Origin: Botryllus schlosseri
Taxonomy: Eukaryota
Length of the DNA: 64,000 bases
Direction: 5' to 3'
Assembly (NCBI GenBank): GCA_051294905.1
Contig: CM119378.1
Location: forward strand, 19,592,001 to 19,656,000
The notes beneath the pieces are model-generated. The model made no database searches. It worked only from the letters and a program-made list of their open reading frames with translations, and was not told the DNA's origin. The translations under genes and the position numbers were made by a program. Position 1 is the stretch's first letter. Every line of letters begins with the position of its first letter. Below are positions 51,869 to 64,000 of the stretch, one piece after another.

Positions 51869-52786
51869 GGCATACCGCGTGTATTGTGATGATGCAGTTG
51901 AGTATGTGAGGTCATAATGTAAAATTCGGAAATTCGGGCAGGGATCAGAGCAAGTTCGTCTTCTTGTTGTTATTATAGTTATTATTATTATTAATAATTG
52001 TTGAAAATGAAACAATGCGACGCTTCTCACCTTATCGGACTGGTGCGCCACGGCAAAAAATTGATATCACAAAACATTTGACCATAAACGGATTGAATTA
52101 CCAAATTGCTGGTTATGACGAAATCAACGAGAGGTGATTGAGGTTGTGGTGTTGGAGAGTACAGGCGAATTATCTGTTCACATCACAATGACGACCACAG
52201 GATTATTTTTGTTATAAAGAATCGCAACAAGAGCCGAATCGACATCGGATTTTTGAACCAATGCCGATAAAACCGACGACTTACACCTTTACACCGATAT
52301 GTATTTAGCGGATATTTAAAAGTTATTGCATCAAGCTTAAGGGTGCATTTAGAAACTTCATGGCATTTAGTTGAATAGATTTGCATCCATTTTTATGCTT
52401 GGACACGAAACAAACCGCTACACTGGACGCCGGTACGGCTATAAGGAATATAGTATATCCCACACTAGAAGCAGTAGCTTCACTGAATCCCTACTGCTAT
52501 GTTGCACGAAAATGGTTTTATGGTGTCTACTGGCCGATACCGATATTTCTTTCAAATTGTGATATCTACTCGATATTACAGACGAACACATAAATCTCTA
52601 ACGTAACATAGTCAAACCGTAACGTATATTGTTCCATGAAAATATTCACTGTCAGTGCCCAGTCCAGAGTCCACGTATCGATTTCGTCCGCTAGGAGTAA
52701 GATTATGCGTTCGTCAAAGCTGATTTTCAACAGTGGTGACAAATTTAGAAGTTATTAAAATTACAGTTGAATGGATGTGTGAAATC

Positions 52787-53365
52787 CAGGCTTGTAATCA
52801 AGCCACAAGGCTCCGAGTCACAAGTCAATCTCACTTTTATAGTTTTGATTCGAGTCAAGTCGAGTCATTTTCGATTCACCACCGAGTCAAGTCCGAGTCC
52901 ATGTCAGCTAACAGAGGGTCTTGTCCGAATCATGGTAATATGACTCGAGTCCGAGTCCAAGTCATTGTGTTGACTGCTCAGTTTCCAGTTCAAGTCTTGT
53001 TATACACACTTTTTATAACTCTGTTTGGTGATATCGAATAGTTTTCATTTGCAATATACCAATTTTCCTCACTTTTAGCAGTTTCTGATTGCATTTTCAA
53101 GTACTAGTACCAATAGACGAAATCCCAATAGTGTGGTTACTTTACTATTCATCGAAACTACAATGAAATATCGGTATTGGCCGTCGGAGTCTCGAGCCAT
53201 ATGACTGGTTCGAGTCATGCGCAATGACTCGAGTCCAAGTCGAGTCAACATACAGATGGACTCGAGTCGAGTCGAGTCATTTCCGTATTTTGAGAAAATG
53301 ATTCGAGTCAAGTCGAGTCACCAGAAACTCGTGACTCGGGTCGGACTCGAGTCATTACAACCCTG
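52787..53365 (-). mobile_element. GACTCGAGTC-array MITE (hAT-type)
   Basis: Ends CAGGCTTGTAA...TTACAACCCTG with flanks GTGAAATC/ATGATATC (6/8). Homologous to 38194-38769. Confidence 0.92.
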
Positions 53366-54070
53366 ATGATATCGTTAGACTAAAAATTGCAGCGCTGACC
53401 ACGTGTCAAATATCTAATCTGTATATGTGTGGGTGGGGTGTCGATGCTATTTTTCTATGTTTAGAGTTGCTTTACATTGAAAGCGAATACAATATATAAT
53501 GAATGCGTATACCAGATGACTGAACGGAATTCCAAGCCATGAATTCGTGAATGCTTTATTTGTGTGCATCTACATCATAATTTGTTTTGCAAACCCCTGT
53601 TACGAGTCAATCGAGTCCGTCACAAGAATACCCCTACTGTCGCAGAATACCTTCATAAATGTGAATACATTTCAGTTCCTGCATAGGCCACGCCGAACTG
53701 CCTGCGCCTATGCGGCAGCCTTTAGGCTGTGCAAAGCAGCATTTGTGCAAAATTAATCTTAAAGGAAGAGGAAATGGGCGGGTAACTTCCTGCGAGTAAA
53801 TCGATCAGGTTCCGTTACGTCAGAGGCTTGTGCATATGAAGTTATCGCATAGCAGAATTGATCGGTCGATTTTCAACGACCTACACCTCTTTTTAAGTAT
53901 AATGGCGTTCTCCTCCATAAGCTACGTGGTAAACTATGATTTGATAGTAGTAAACTATAATGCCAGAACGCATATGTGACCATTTTAGCAGCAAATCCAG
54001 TTCAAATTTCATTCAGGCTCATCATGAATATATATATGTAGTATTCTAGGCCAGCGGTCGACGTCCAGTA

Positions 54071-54352
54071 TCAGATATTCGTCGGATGTACCGGCTTCAT
54101 AAAGGTTATGCGTAAAAGATAATTTGATTGTGTGAAAAATACGTGGAAGGCATGTTTGGTAGGAATTTCATCTCCGCTCGCAATGTCAATTAGCCAATAT
54201 GTGATGCAACTACATTTACAGACGCTGTACTTTTCTTTTACTATCAAGATCTCAATTATGGATGTTGCAATTGTCATGATGACATCACATATGCTATCAC
54301 GCTGAAATGACACACGGAGATTTGGCGAACAAAGCGAAAAAAGTCGGGGCAT
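54071..54352 (-). pseudogene. Weak class-A GPCR relic (TM2-TM3)
   Basis: ORF reads SICDVIMTIATSIIEILIV, VCKC, then LLRITFMKP (cf. DRxxxxxxP). Motif support is thin. Confidence 0.27.
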
Positions 54353-55869
54353 AGGAAAAGCTGTGTGTGCACTGTGCAGTGACGTCGAGATTGAAGTGTG
54401 ATATCAACATTAGAACTATAATCCCACAAACGTTTGATGATCCAATATATACACTGATACCCACTACTCAGGTTCCGTTTAAAATTAAACAACTCGGCAT
54501 AATTTCAATCACTAAGATTCAGTTTGAAATTCAAGAGTCGGCAATAAAATATAACCAATGAACTATCGCAGCCCATTAATGTAATCGTGATGAAACCATT
54601 ATCTGAGTAATAGATATTCTCTATTTAGGTGTGGAAGAGTAGAGCTACAACCACCCAGTCACAAGCGCAGCCATAGTACGTTGACGGCATAATATTGGCC
54701 CTCGACAAAGATGGCTATAACTGCTTTGAGTATAGTTAGACCGTGGCGCCGGTTTACCTTCCCTTGCACATGACGCCTTACTGCGGGACACCAATCCGCT
54801 CAGGTTACGTGGTTTATCACCAAAGGGCCGTGGTATCTCCATATTGAGATACACAGTGCCGCAGATTACCACGGATTGTATTTCGGGATAATACATCGAT
54901 GATGTTCCTTACCGGAGTTTACGGCATATCGGAAATAGTTGTTTGGCGCAACGAGTTCCTTATGTTCCGACCATATGCTATCGAATCTGTATATCGTTCA
55001 CATAGAGCTGCTAGACTTCCTAGGAGAAACGGGATACATGCCATCCGACTGGCGAAAATATCATAGCCACTGGGACGCTCATTGATCAAAACAGTAGGCT
55101 TAGACGTAGCCGGCAACGGCGCGGCACAGCGTAAGTCGTGAGCAACTGTACAATACGACCGTACATGTGCCAGCAATGTCCCGTGACGTCATCAAAATGG
55201 TCCAGAAGTTGGCTAAGTTTGCTACGTGGGAAGATACTGTTGACATGCTATTATATGTGAATTTCATTCGGTGAATTGAAGCGTATTCTATTTGACATTT
55301 AAGCCTGTGCGTACCTTATCAAGATACATGGAGAGTTAAGTAGTTTTTTGTAAACCGGCAATTAACAGCTCTAATTTGTCATCACTTTCGTCCACATACT
55401 GTCTTCCTACCGCGGTTGGTCAAAAATTAATTAATTGTAAGCGGAGCTGTCTTCAATTTTTTTTGAAAGGACATGACTAGGATCAGGTTATTTTTATGTT
55501 ACGCTCATTGAGCCGTTAGTAATGGTAGTTACATACTATGCTTAGTGATGTATTTTCTAACGTGTAAAATATTAATGAAATGTTATAATCTCCAATAAAA
55601 CAGAAACCATGATTGAAGTATACGCTAGACCATGTGTCGACAATTTGTTTTGGTCTGTGAATCGGTTCCAAAAATAATGTTGTTTCGTGGACCCGTTTTC
55701 AAATATACAAATATTCAGCATCTCAGCTACCAATATAGTGGAAACACCATAATTATAAAAAAAATTGACCAAGTCCGGCAGGTTATTAATGAAAGGGCGG
55801 AAACTGGTAAAGATAACAAAAGTTGGTATTCTCAATTCACTAACTGCTTCAAATCTGGCCTATGTTAAA

Positions 55870-55964
55870 TGCCATAGTTATTTCCCACCTGCGCAAATGC
55901 TCATTTGCATGTGTGCATGTGATGTGCAAATGCGCATTTGCGCAGGTGGGACATAATTATGGCA
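55870..55964. repeat. 95-bp hairpin with ~40-bp arms
   Basis: TGCCATAGTTATTTCCCACCTGCGCAAATGCTCATTTGCA pairs with TGCAAATGCGCATTTGCGCAGGTGGGACATAATTATGGCA with 3 mismatches. Confidence 0.9.
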
Positions 55965-58239
55965 GAGCGACTAGTTACATCTGGCTAATATAGGTTGTTA
56001 AGGAAAAACGAAATAAAGCATGGCACAGATATTGCATGTCAATGCAATTGCACAATTATTGAGGATAATTGTCTATGTATAATGACCGCTTTGGATATTC
56101 GTAAGCACATCGAGATGTTGGTTGTTCAAAACCGACGCAAAAACGAAAGTTCGCTATCCACCGGCAACCACGCGTTATCAGCTGGATTCAGTATCGTATG
56201 ATTCATTCCCCGTGCTGCCACTACGGATATCCCGCACCAGAAAAGCAATTCCTGCTACATGTATCTATGACTGACGCGTAAACTGATAACACCAAAGCAG
56301 GGGTAAACTGGATAACAACAAGCTTCCGCGTATAGAGTCCGCGTCCCGTCCGCACGCTCGCGGTCATAGTTGGCGTTTCAGAAATCACAATTTCGTGCCG
56401 TAAATACGTTCCAGAAGAACGAGGCTATTCTAAACTGATCGCTCAGTCGTAGTATATTTGGAACGTTTCTAAGGCACGAAAAGTATCAACGATTCACGAA
56501 CTTTCGGAACATTTAGGGGAAAACCTCGGTATACCACCAATGTTACTATTGAACTCCTGTGGGAGTGCGTAATCACAATCGTAGTCGATAGGGTATTCGC
56601 ATTACCATACAACCAAGAGCGATCATGAGACAACCCCTGGAAAGGTTGGAATGACAAACATCAAAAACGCAAAATTAATCATAGGCGTTAGTAGCGCATC
56701 TCGGCGGAAAATTCTCGCGCCGTGGTATAGCGAGGATCGTTCACGAAACAAATATTCCGCCGATGCGGTATATCATGTTATAACAGTCAATCACACATCT
56801 CGCTACTATGTTTACAAAATGGCGGCCAATGTGTCACTTATGCAATGTGTGATCTAGCGACTGTTTCAGCATTAATGCAAGGTTATGGATTGCACAAAAG
56901 ATAAATCAGTGTAATGGATGGTCCTCTTCATGCCAACCTTGCATTTATCCATTTATATCTGGCGTTAGACAGTTAAATACATGCAATACCCACAATATGT
57001 AGCACAAGTAAAATTTATAGCATAACAATAGTAAAGTTTGATACACCACCTATTGGGATAACTTCATTAAAACTGACGGAATCACGCGACACAAAGTAAT
57101 GAGCTTTCCTGATCATGCGATTCGTCTCAATTTACCCAAACGATGTACTATAACTCAGCTATAAAGAACATGATGACTTACCTCGCCAAAGCGAAATTCT
57201 TCCGATACTAATGTTGTGCCAATTCGATAGGGCTGCTGCGACTTCCGCGAGAAGTCTAGCTTATTTGCAGCTTCGGCCTGAGAGCTTTGATTGATTATTG
57301 GCTGCCTGTTGTATTTTCTGTATTGAATGCTTGGAAACGGTTCAAACCAGCAGCAGACTTTGCTACTGAGTAAAGGTAATATATGTCGATGCCTCACCGA
57401 CAGACTACGATTACCTAGAAATACGCTAGAAAGAAAGGTCAAGCTGTCAAAGTGAGTGTTACAATCAAGCGTAGTCTCTTACTTATCGTATACAAAACTG
57501 CGGCATACACTGATATGCAATACACGACAGAAATGTGACACTCTAACCACGGCATGTATAACTTCACCGTATAAGTCCAGGTTTGTGGAGACAACATATT
57601 TTAGCGACATGATGTCCCGACCTCGACGAATGCTGCAGATGATGTTGATTACTCAAACGACCAACTTTAGAGAGCATGTGAACGAAACTGAAAAAATATA
57701 TCGTATGCATGTGAGAGACATTAACAACCACCAAATATATTCATGTGATTTTCGATGCACAGTAAATATTCGTATTCCTTGCATATACTCTGCCACGCTT
57801 AGGAGATAGTGAACTTCTCGGGATCTGCATCTTTCAAAGATCCGGTGCATCCAACTACAAGAATGCTTTAGCTCATCTCACGGCGAACAAGATTCGTCAG
57901 AAGTACACACGTTACATTGTCGACAGGATCACAGTCGCTCTACCTCAAAATTTATCTCTCAACGCATTCGTGTTATAACTTGGAGTCGGCTGAAATTGGA
58001 AACATAAAGTTGAATATTCGCAGCCAGCTTGCGAATAACCTATAGTAAAACCAGTCATCTGAGCACCGCTTCAAACTACCGATACCGGTAAGCGCTTTTC
58101 CGGGATGTAAAATGCTATCCTACATAACGACGGTATTATCGCTGGCAGCATATGTGCCAGGAAGTTACATGGAAGTTTGAACAAGTTTTACGACGATCGT
58201 GTCGATAACGACACCTATCTATAGGCTGCAGTCATGATA

Positions 58240-58885
58240 TATGTATCATACCAAACGCAACTTGTTCAGCAGTATTGTCCTGCTGTTGTTCTATACCTAA
58301 ATTATGGGAATTGTATGTAATCCAATCATTTCAAGATTATGATTCATTACATAAAGAACGCAAACAAAAATAATCCAACATTTCAGTCGCATTCCAATTC
58401 AGAACGAGAGTATCAAAACCCAACTCAATATTTCACAAGTGCTCAGCTTTTGAACGGGAGCCATATAAGCTCATGATGTCACCTTGACGTTCTATTTTCT
58501 AAACAGCTGATCAAATAATGAAACCCTGCATTAGTCACATCACAATCAAGTAGGACGAGCTCTCAAAATCGTGCCATTCGTATTCTAATTAACAGATCGT
58601 ATAAATCCGCAATATGAATGAGTGGCTTCACGACTATACCTGGCGCTGATTTTTTTTATAAAGGTCACGACGTACCGTCATCGAAGCAATATGATACACG
58701 CGGAACTCGGGTGACAGGAGCCACAGTTGATCTAACGATGAGGAAGCAATCATGTGGCTCGATGCAAATGTTAGCCCGAAACTATTGATCAGCGAAACAT
58801 ATTTCATCACAGTAACATCAACTGTGACGAAAAGTCCTGATGTTGGTTCTAATAACGCACACGAAGTAATGATTCTCATTATCAT
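58240..58885 (-). pseudogene. Decayed class-A GPCR relic (TM2-TM7)
   Basis: LLEPTSGLFV (cf. DLxxGLFV), FASSHMIASSSLDQLWLLSPEFRVYHIASMTVRR (cf. ASxxxxxxISLDRxxxxxxPxxY...MTxRR), KCWIIFVCVL (cf. CWxP) and TIPII*V*NNSR (cf. NPIIY...N..R). Confidence 0.45.
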
Positions 58886-59559
58886 GTTAGGAGTTTATTG
58901 AGAGAGGATTGCCAAGTATACGCTGAACGACTGCGGTGAAGCTGCTGCGTCGGGATCCGGGACACCATATACTCTTGATGAATGCCGCCACGTATATACC
59001 CTCATAAAAGGAAATACCTGACTATGAGAGCAACGCATCTCTACCCCGGGGTTGGGGCAATACCGCTTCACCGGATTAAGCGAAGCAGCATCACACAGAA
59101 ATCGATTAAAAATTCATTCATAGAAATTTCCGTGTTCAGTGCCTCCGATAAATAATAACAATATGACACAGCGAACCCGTAATCAGTTTTTATGAATGAC
59201 GAATTCTTTAGATCGCCTAATCCACATCTACTTTCACCCGCTTGCACCGCCGTCGTTAGCGCATGTTCCAGCGGAAGTTGGGCTGCTGATCGGCAATTTT
59301 AAACACATCAAATGTCAGCAAGTTCCCAGAAAAGAACCAATTGCCAATGCGACCGACAAAGATTAAGTAGACGGAGACGATCGCTGCAGGGATCGGCAAT
59401 CTGCCACCTGGTTCATCATGCGGTATTTAGTTACCGTTAGTTCGATTCGGGGAATTATTATAACTTCCGTTAAAGTCGGCATACTATCAGTAGGGTGGGT
59501 ATAGCGTTATCGTACAGAATCACTCAAAATTGACGGCCAAGTTTTAGCGTAGATTGACA

Positions 59560-60155
59560 CAGTCTCTATCATGCTATGAGATGACTGCATGGTGATTGCC
59601 GAATATGATATGATAATGTAGGCTGCGCTCCATATATCCCCGAAATCCTTGTAGTGGATATTGCTATACCACAACTAAATAATACTAAATGTCACCATGT
59701 AGCCATCTGATCCGCGTAAGCGGTGTCTTAAAAAGCCTATAGAAGTGGGTCGTACTACAAGTCGGCAGATGCGGAATCAAAATGAAGACAATCGGCCTTG
59801 TGTAAATGATATTGAAACCTATTGCTTCTCAAAACGGATGGGAATTGATGGAACAGTTCATGGGAGATGTATAATGCATATAGACATCTTTGATTGGTGG
59901 TTCGGTAGGTTCCGTTTCCTTTTAGTATTGAATTGCGTTAAATCCCTACGGGTGGAGTTGCGGATGACGTGTTCAGAGTAACCGTTCTCAGGTAAGATTA
60001 TACGAAAGTGGTCAAGCTCCGAAACCATTTTGTCACCCGACCAGATCATCAAAATTTTAAGCAAAGTGGGGCCATTATCATGACTTTTTACTTTGAGTTT
60101 CGGGCAAAATTAGTTCCAACGTAGGTAATGAACGGTGGATTTTGGTTCCTGAAAA
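59560..60155 (-). mobile_element. Decayed Penelope-like retroelement (RT C-terminus toward GIY-YIG)
   Basis: HYLRWN*FCPKLKVKS, MIWSGDKMVSELDHFRIILPENGYSEHVI (cf. ICS...ELxxIxxILxxNGYPxxVI), IHLP*...IRFEKQ (cf. LPWxG..SxxFEKQ) and an SAIT relic. Confidence 0.72.
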
Positions 60156-60519
60156 TAATAGTTGCAAATCTGTTGGTATCTTGATTTCCGATCGAAAATC
60201 TAAATCGGTAATGAAATATTGTATTCTTTTTTAATATCGAATCATGGAAGAGTGAATTCACTTTAACTTGACAATTCGTACTTATTCTTTAATACAACAA
60301 AGAGCATAGTCGACGTATCGGCAATGCATCAATGGCCTGGCTGAGTCGCGCTGGGAGAAAAGCATATTATGTAGGGTTGTGATTAAAAAAAACACTTTAA
60401 TACATACAGGTTTAAAACAATAAGGCCCTTGTTTAAAACATGTTTTTTATTGTTTGTTTTTTTGTTGTTGGTATTTTTCCTAGCCATGACGTCGCGCATA
60501 TTCAATTGTGACGGCAGAG

Positions 60520-61090
60520 TGGATTGATACTCACAATTGATAATATAGTGTAAATATAGCTCCTCTGACGAAATAGGCTTCCAACTCCTGTCATATACGG
60601 ATCAAAAATCTCTTTAACCAGGACTACATCGTCTTGCAGCATTTTTACGGACGGCGGTCATCATCATCAAAACATTCATTCCGTACTAATGATCTTTTTC
60701 TACGTACTTTAGCTGTTGAACAGTCTATCGAGGGCTCCAACCATCCCATATCGTATACGTCGGCTATACCGGGTGATAATCGTCGTCCGTATGCTCATAC
60801 AACATGTTTTGGGAAAGTATTTACACAATTATGGCAATTATCTCACAAAATTTTGGTCAGAATTGGTCTGAGGCGACCCATGCAGTCGCAAGTTCGCAAC
60901 GCGACACAGTACGTTAATGCCAAATTCAATGGAACAAGTCTAAAAAGCTCTGAAATTGTTACGCCAGAACGATGGTATGGCATTAACGTATATGCAACCG
61001 TAGAGCGCGTTGGCACAAACATCGGTAGTCTTATGTAACCGAACGTTCGTGAAGAAATCTGAACTATCAAATGAAGTTAGGAATACCTCT
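60520..61090 (-). mobile_element. Decayed Gypsy-like LTR retrotransposon integrase fragment
   Basis: Across frameshifts: HTIVLA*QFQSFL (cf. PxTIVxDNGxQFxS), WH*RT, SPQTNS (cf. PQTNG), YGRRLSP (cf. FGR...P), FDDDDRR..LQDDVVLVK (cf. YD...R..LxxGDxVLVK). No LTRs found. Confidence 0.62.
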
Positions 61091-62121
61091 AAATCTCTTG
61101 CATTCAAGTTACGAATCTCTCTGGCAAACGCGAAGAAATCGCGTACACATTGCGACTCAGAAAACTCACGAACAGGTTCCAAGATCTCAATTCACAAAGG
61201 CTATCGAATGGGAAATTTGATGATCGGCATTTCAGATTAAAATGATACGGGTAGAGGCTGTCGATTCACGCGTTGCATACTATCACGTATACATTCACTG
61301 GATGTATATTGCATGATGATATCACTTCAGAAATCATTTTCTTCAAGTAAACCGTTGTAACCGCTGCGGGCCTGAAGCACATTCCATTAGTATTGGTTTC
61401 AATGGAACCACTTTTTTCATATATACGTACACTCGTACAGTACATAGAGTCCCACTATCTATACGTCAAAAATCGTATTGTTGTGAACAACCTACATAGG
61501 AAAAAACATACATGATGTGGCTACTTCAGACGATAATGCAAAATCAGCACCGCGTTTTCACCCTAAGTGCGAAATATGTACAAAATATGTGGAAAAAGAT
61601 ACTGTATTCAAATATCGCTACCACAAGAAAACCTGCACCTCGGTAGGTCTAAACCTGATACCGATGAACCTAATGCTGGACTCCTCATATATTTTGTCAG
61701 ACGACGAGGTATATAGCGCCAGTGATTAAAGGGGTGCTACGATAGGCTGAGTTCAAGCTTGATTGAGCAGCTGATTCCACATTGGATGCTCATTATCTAT
61801 AATGTTGACGCTTAATGTTGATCATCAATTATTTGCAATTGGCAAGTGGGCTATAAAGCGCGGACAATGAATGGGCTCTTTGTAAGAGTCGAGAATATGT
61901 TACTATTTGCACCGATTTCATACGATATCTTCCTATTCCGTATCGAGCGAGATAGTGTATAATGTTTATGAGTCCGGCTTCTCGATCGGTAGGTCGTGGG
62001 TTCGATCCCCGGCCGGGTCATACCAAAGACTCGAAAATTGGTATCCGCAGCTATCCTGCTAGGCGCTCAGCAATCACGGATAGCATGGAGGAGAAAAAAA
62101 CGGGGGCGCTATAGACTAGAT

Positions 62122-63656
62122 CAGTGGTTCTCAACCGGGGGTCCGTGGACCCTTGGGGGTCCGTGAAGCATTTTCAGGGGGTCCGCGAGACCCCTAAATT
62201 TGCAAAATGATTGGAATCGAATTTGTAACTTTTTTGAAAAAAAATTAGAGAAATCAGGAAGCAGTTTCGCTTCAAACTGCTAATGTTTCAGTAAGCACAT
62301 CACCAGGGGTGTCAAACTCAAATTACGTCGCGGGCCGGATTCAAACATTCCAAATCCTCGCGGGCCGCACGCTTTGCTTTTCACTTGAACACCTTATTAT
62401 CAAGCATATATATAGATAAGGTATATTACAATTGCATGACGGATCATAAATGCTTTATTCTAGCAAGTAGAAACACTTTATTCGCTAGCAACGGAATTGA
62501 TGATGATGATGATTGGCTGGTTGAATACACTTGTGAACCGTTGCTAAAACAGTGGCGTAACGACGATACAAGTTCACTTATTTCTATGCTCCATTTGCTT
62601 AAGTCATAATCTGGCGTTAGCCATGTATATGCGTTGTCAGGAATACAATATATTAACATGAAATATATTATCCATGTAGACGTCAACGGTCCGGCATTGT
62701 CGTATTCGCTGGTGTGAATAACTACTTTTTGGCATATTATTTCACAAAAACTCAATTCAGCGTGCATTCTTTTGTTTTTTCGAAATTGGGTGTCAATGTC
62801 ACTGATTTGTTCCTCCAGTGGTAACAAGTGGAAAACCAAAACACCGTAGTCGGGTTATTATAATGCGGCCTACAAACAGCCCCAACATTTGCTGTGTTGG
62901 GGGAATATTTAACGGAATTATTTTCTTTCAAACAATTCAACATTGGTGACAAATGTTCTGGATAATACAAGGATTTTTCAATCTACTCGGAATGGCTTCG
63001 CGGGCCGATAGCCTACTGACACAAACATATTGCTGTTTAAAGATGATTTGTTGAGGTTTGTTAAAAATAGTTTTTCTAGTCTGTCTCGAAAAAGGGGTTA
63101 AAACGTCTTCACAGAATCCATTTTCTCCTGTGATATACATATCTCATAACCACTATTCCAGAATATGTTGAAGATGAGCTGCTATATAGAAATGACTAGT
63201 CTGGAAGTGATAACTTCAGTGAAAAATCTGTTTCTCAATTTTGGTGCCATATGTGTTGCGATCGTGCTCAAAGGTGTCGTCGGAAGCGTCAAGCGTTAAT
63301 ATTATACATTCGCCGCCAGCTACTTTTGTTGAAATGGATTTTTGGAACTCGTTGATATCAAATCGAACGAGTGAATTTTCAAGACACGACCACATATTTC
63401 AAGAAATAAGAAATACAGCTGCAGAAGTCAGTTCGAAATAATAAAAGTCTATCCATATTTCTACATATAATATGATATTGGTTTGAAGAACGGTCATTTT
63501 GTTGCTGTTTATCACTAGCCTAGAGTTGATATTCGCACAAGACAGATGACGGTTGCACGATAATTGAGTAAATTTTGAACTAAAACTTGAGGGGGTCCGC
63601 GGGGTCCGTCACGGTACAAAAGGGGTCCGCGAAGACAAAAAGGTTGAGAACCACTG
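62122..63656 (-). mobile_element. hAT (Charlie/Buster-type) element, same family as 30144-32306
   Basis: TIR CAGTGGTTCTCAACC...GGTTGAGAACCACTG, GGGGTCCGC subterminal repeats, and perfect TSD GACTAGAT (62114-62121, 63657-63664). Confidence 0.96.
62304..63007. mobile_element. Nested hAT-type element with truncated right end
   Basis: Left end CAGGGGTGTCAAAC with CGCGGGCCG motifs. The right side stops at CGCGGGCCG, where host-element homology (TAGCCTACTGACAC) resumes. Confidence 0.72.
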
Positions 63657-64000
63657 GACTAGATGACCTCACGGCCGTATCGCAACTCCGTCGTCAAAGC
63701 ATGTCAATGGTGCAGGCGAAAAAGAATATCATATCTCTCCCTCTCAATGAATAGATAGTATAATGCAGCAGAACTGCGCAAGCCGTGAGGTGATAACCTG
63801 CGATAATCGAAATAGCGTATACCGGCTCTGCCATATTTCCATGTGAAGTGTTTAGCAATACTAAATTGTAACTAGACCAACGCTACAATATATTCCTTGT
63901 AAACTAAATATATCCCTGACATTTACTGTCCAGTATCGACAAGGAGATTTAGATTGCAGTGGTGGGCTTTGTCATCATTTTAATTTTTTTATCGAATCAA

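Larger units (their letters stand above)
61940..63745 (+). mobile_element. tRNA-derived SINE interrupted by a hAT element
   Basis: The 5' part 61940-62121 has an A-box-like segment, B box GGTTCGATCCCC and GGTCATACCAAAGACTCG. The 3' part 63657-63745 (GACCTCACGGCCGTATCGCA...CTCTCCCTCTC) continues the alignment with the 9172-9435 copy. Confidence 0.92.

Noticed and set aside
56651-56857. Maf-like N-terminus (KLIIGVSSASRRKILA)
   Set aside because: Similarity ends after ~16 residues with no further Maf motifs or splice support, so probably chance.
1-64000. Most supplied ORFs of 60-130 aa as real genes
   Set aside because: Short, often overlapping on both strands, many inside TEs or starting at non-ATG codons, and without recognisable domains. 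This is expected by chance in 64 kb.

Overview
AT-rich eukaryotic (animal, probably invertebrate) genomic DNA with no intact protein-coding gene that I can recognise. Most supplied ORFs are short and look spurious. I see no rRNA, true tRNA gene or CRISPR array. By my sum of element lengths, roughly a quarter of the window is non-autonomous DNA transposons, many with clear terminal inverted repeats (TIRs) and 8-bp target-site duplications (TSDs), mostly hAT-type and often nested. There are also two copies of a tRNA-derived SINE and decayed fragments of hAT, piggyBac-like, L1-like, Penelope-like and Gypsy-like coding sequence. Three things stand out. (1) A ~1.16-kb TIR element (19221-20383) carries a ~700-bp G-rich minisatellite with TTAGGG embedded in each 23-bp unit. 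(2) A 618-bp element (33257-33874) is almost a pure hairpin. (3) A series of decayed trypsin-like and GPCR-like gene relics all lie on the minus strand, suggesting a dead co-oriented gene cluster overrun by transposons. Protein-family calls on decayed sequence come from hand translation across stops and frameshifts and from remembered family motifs, so they need HMM confirmation.
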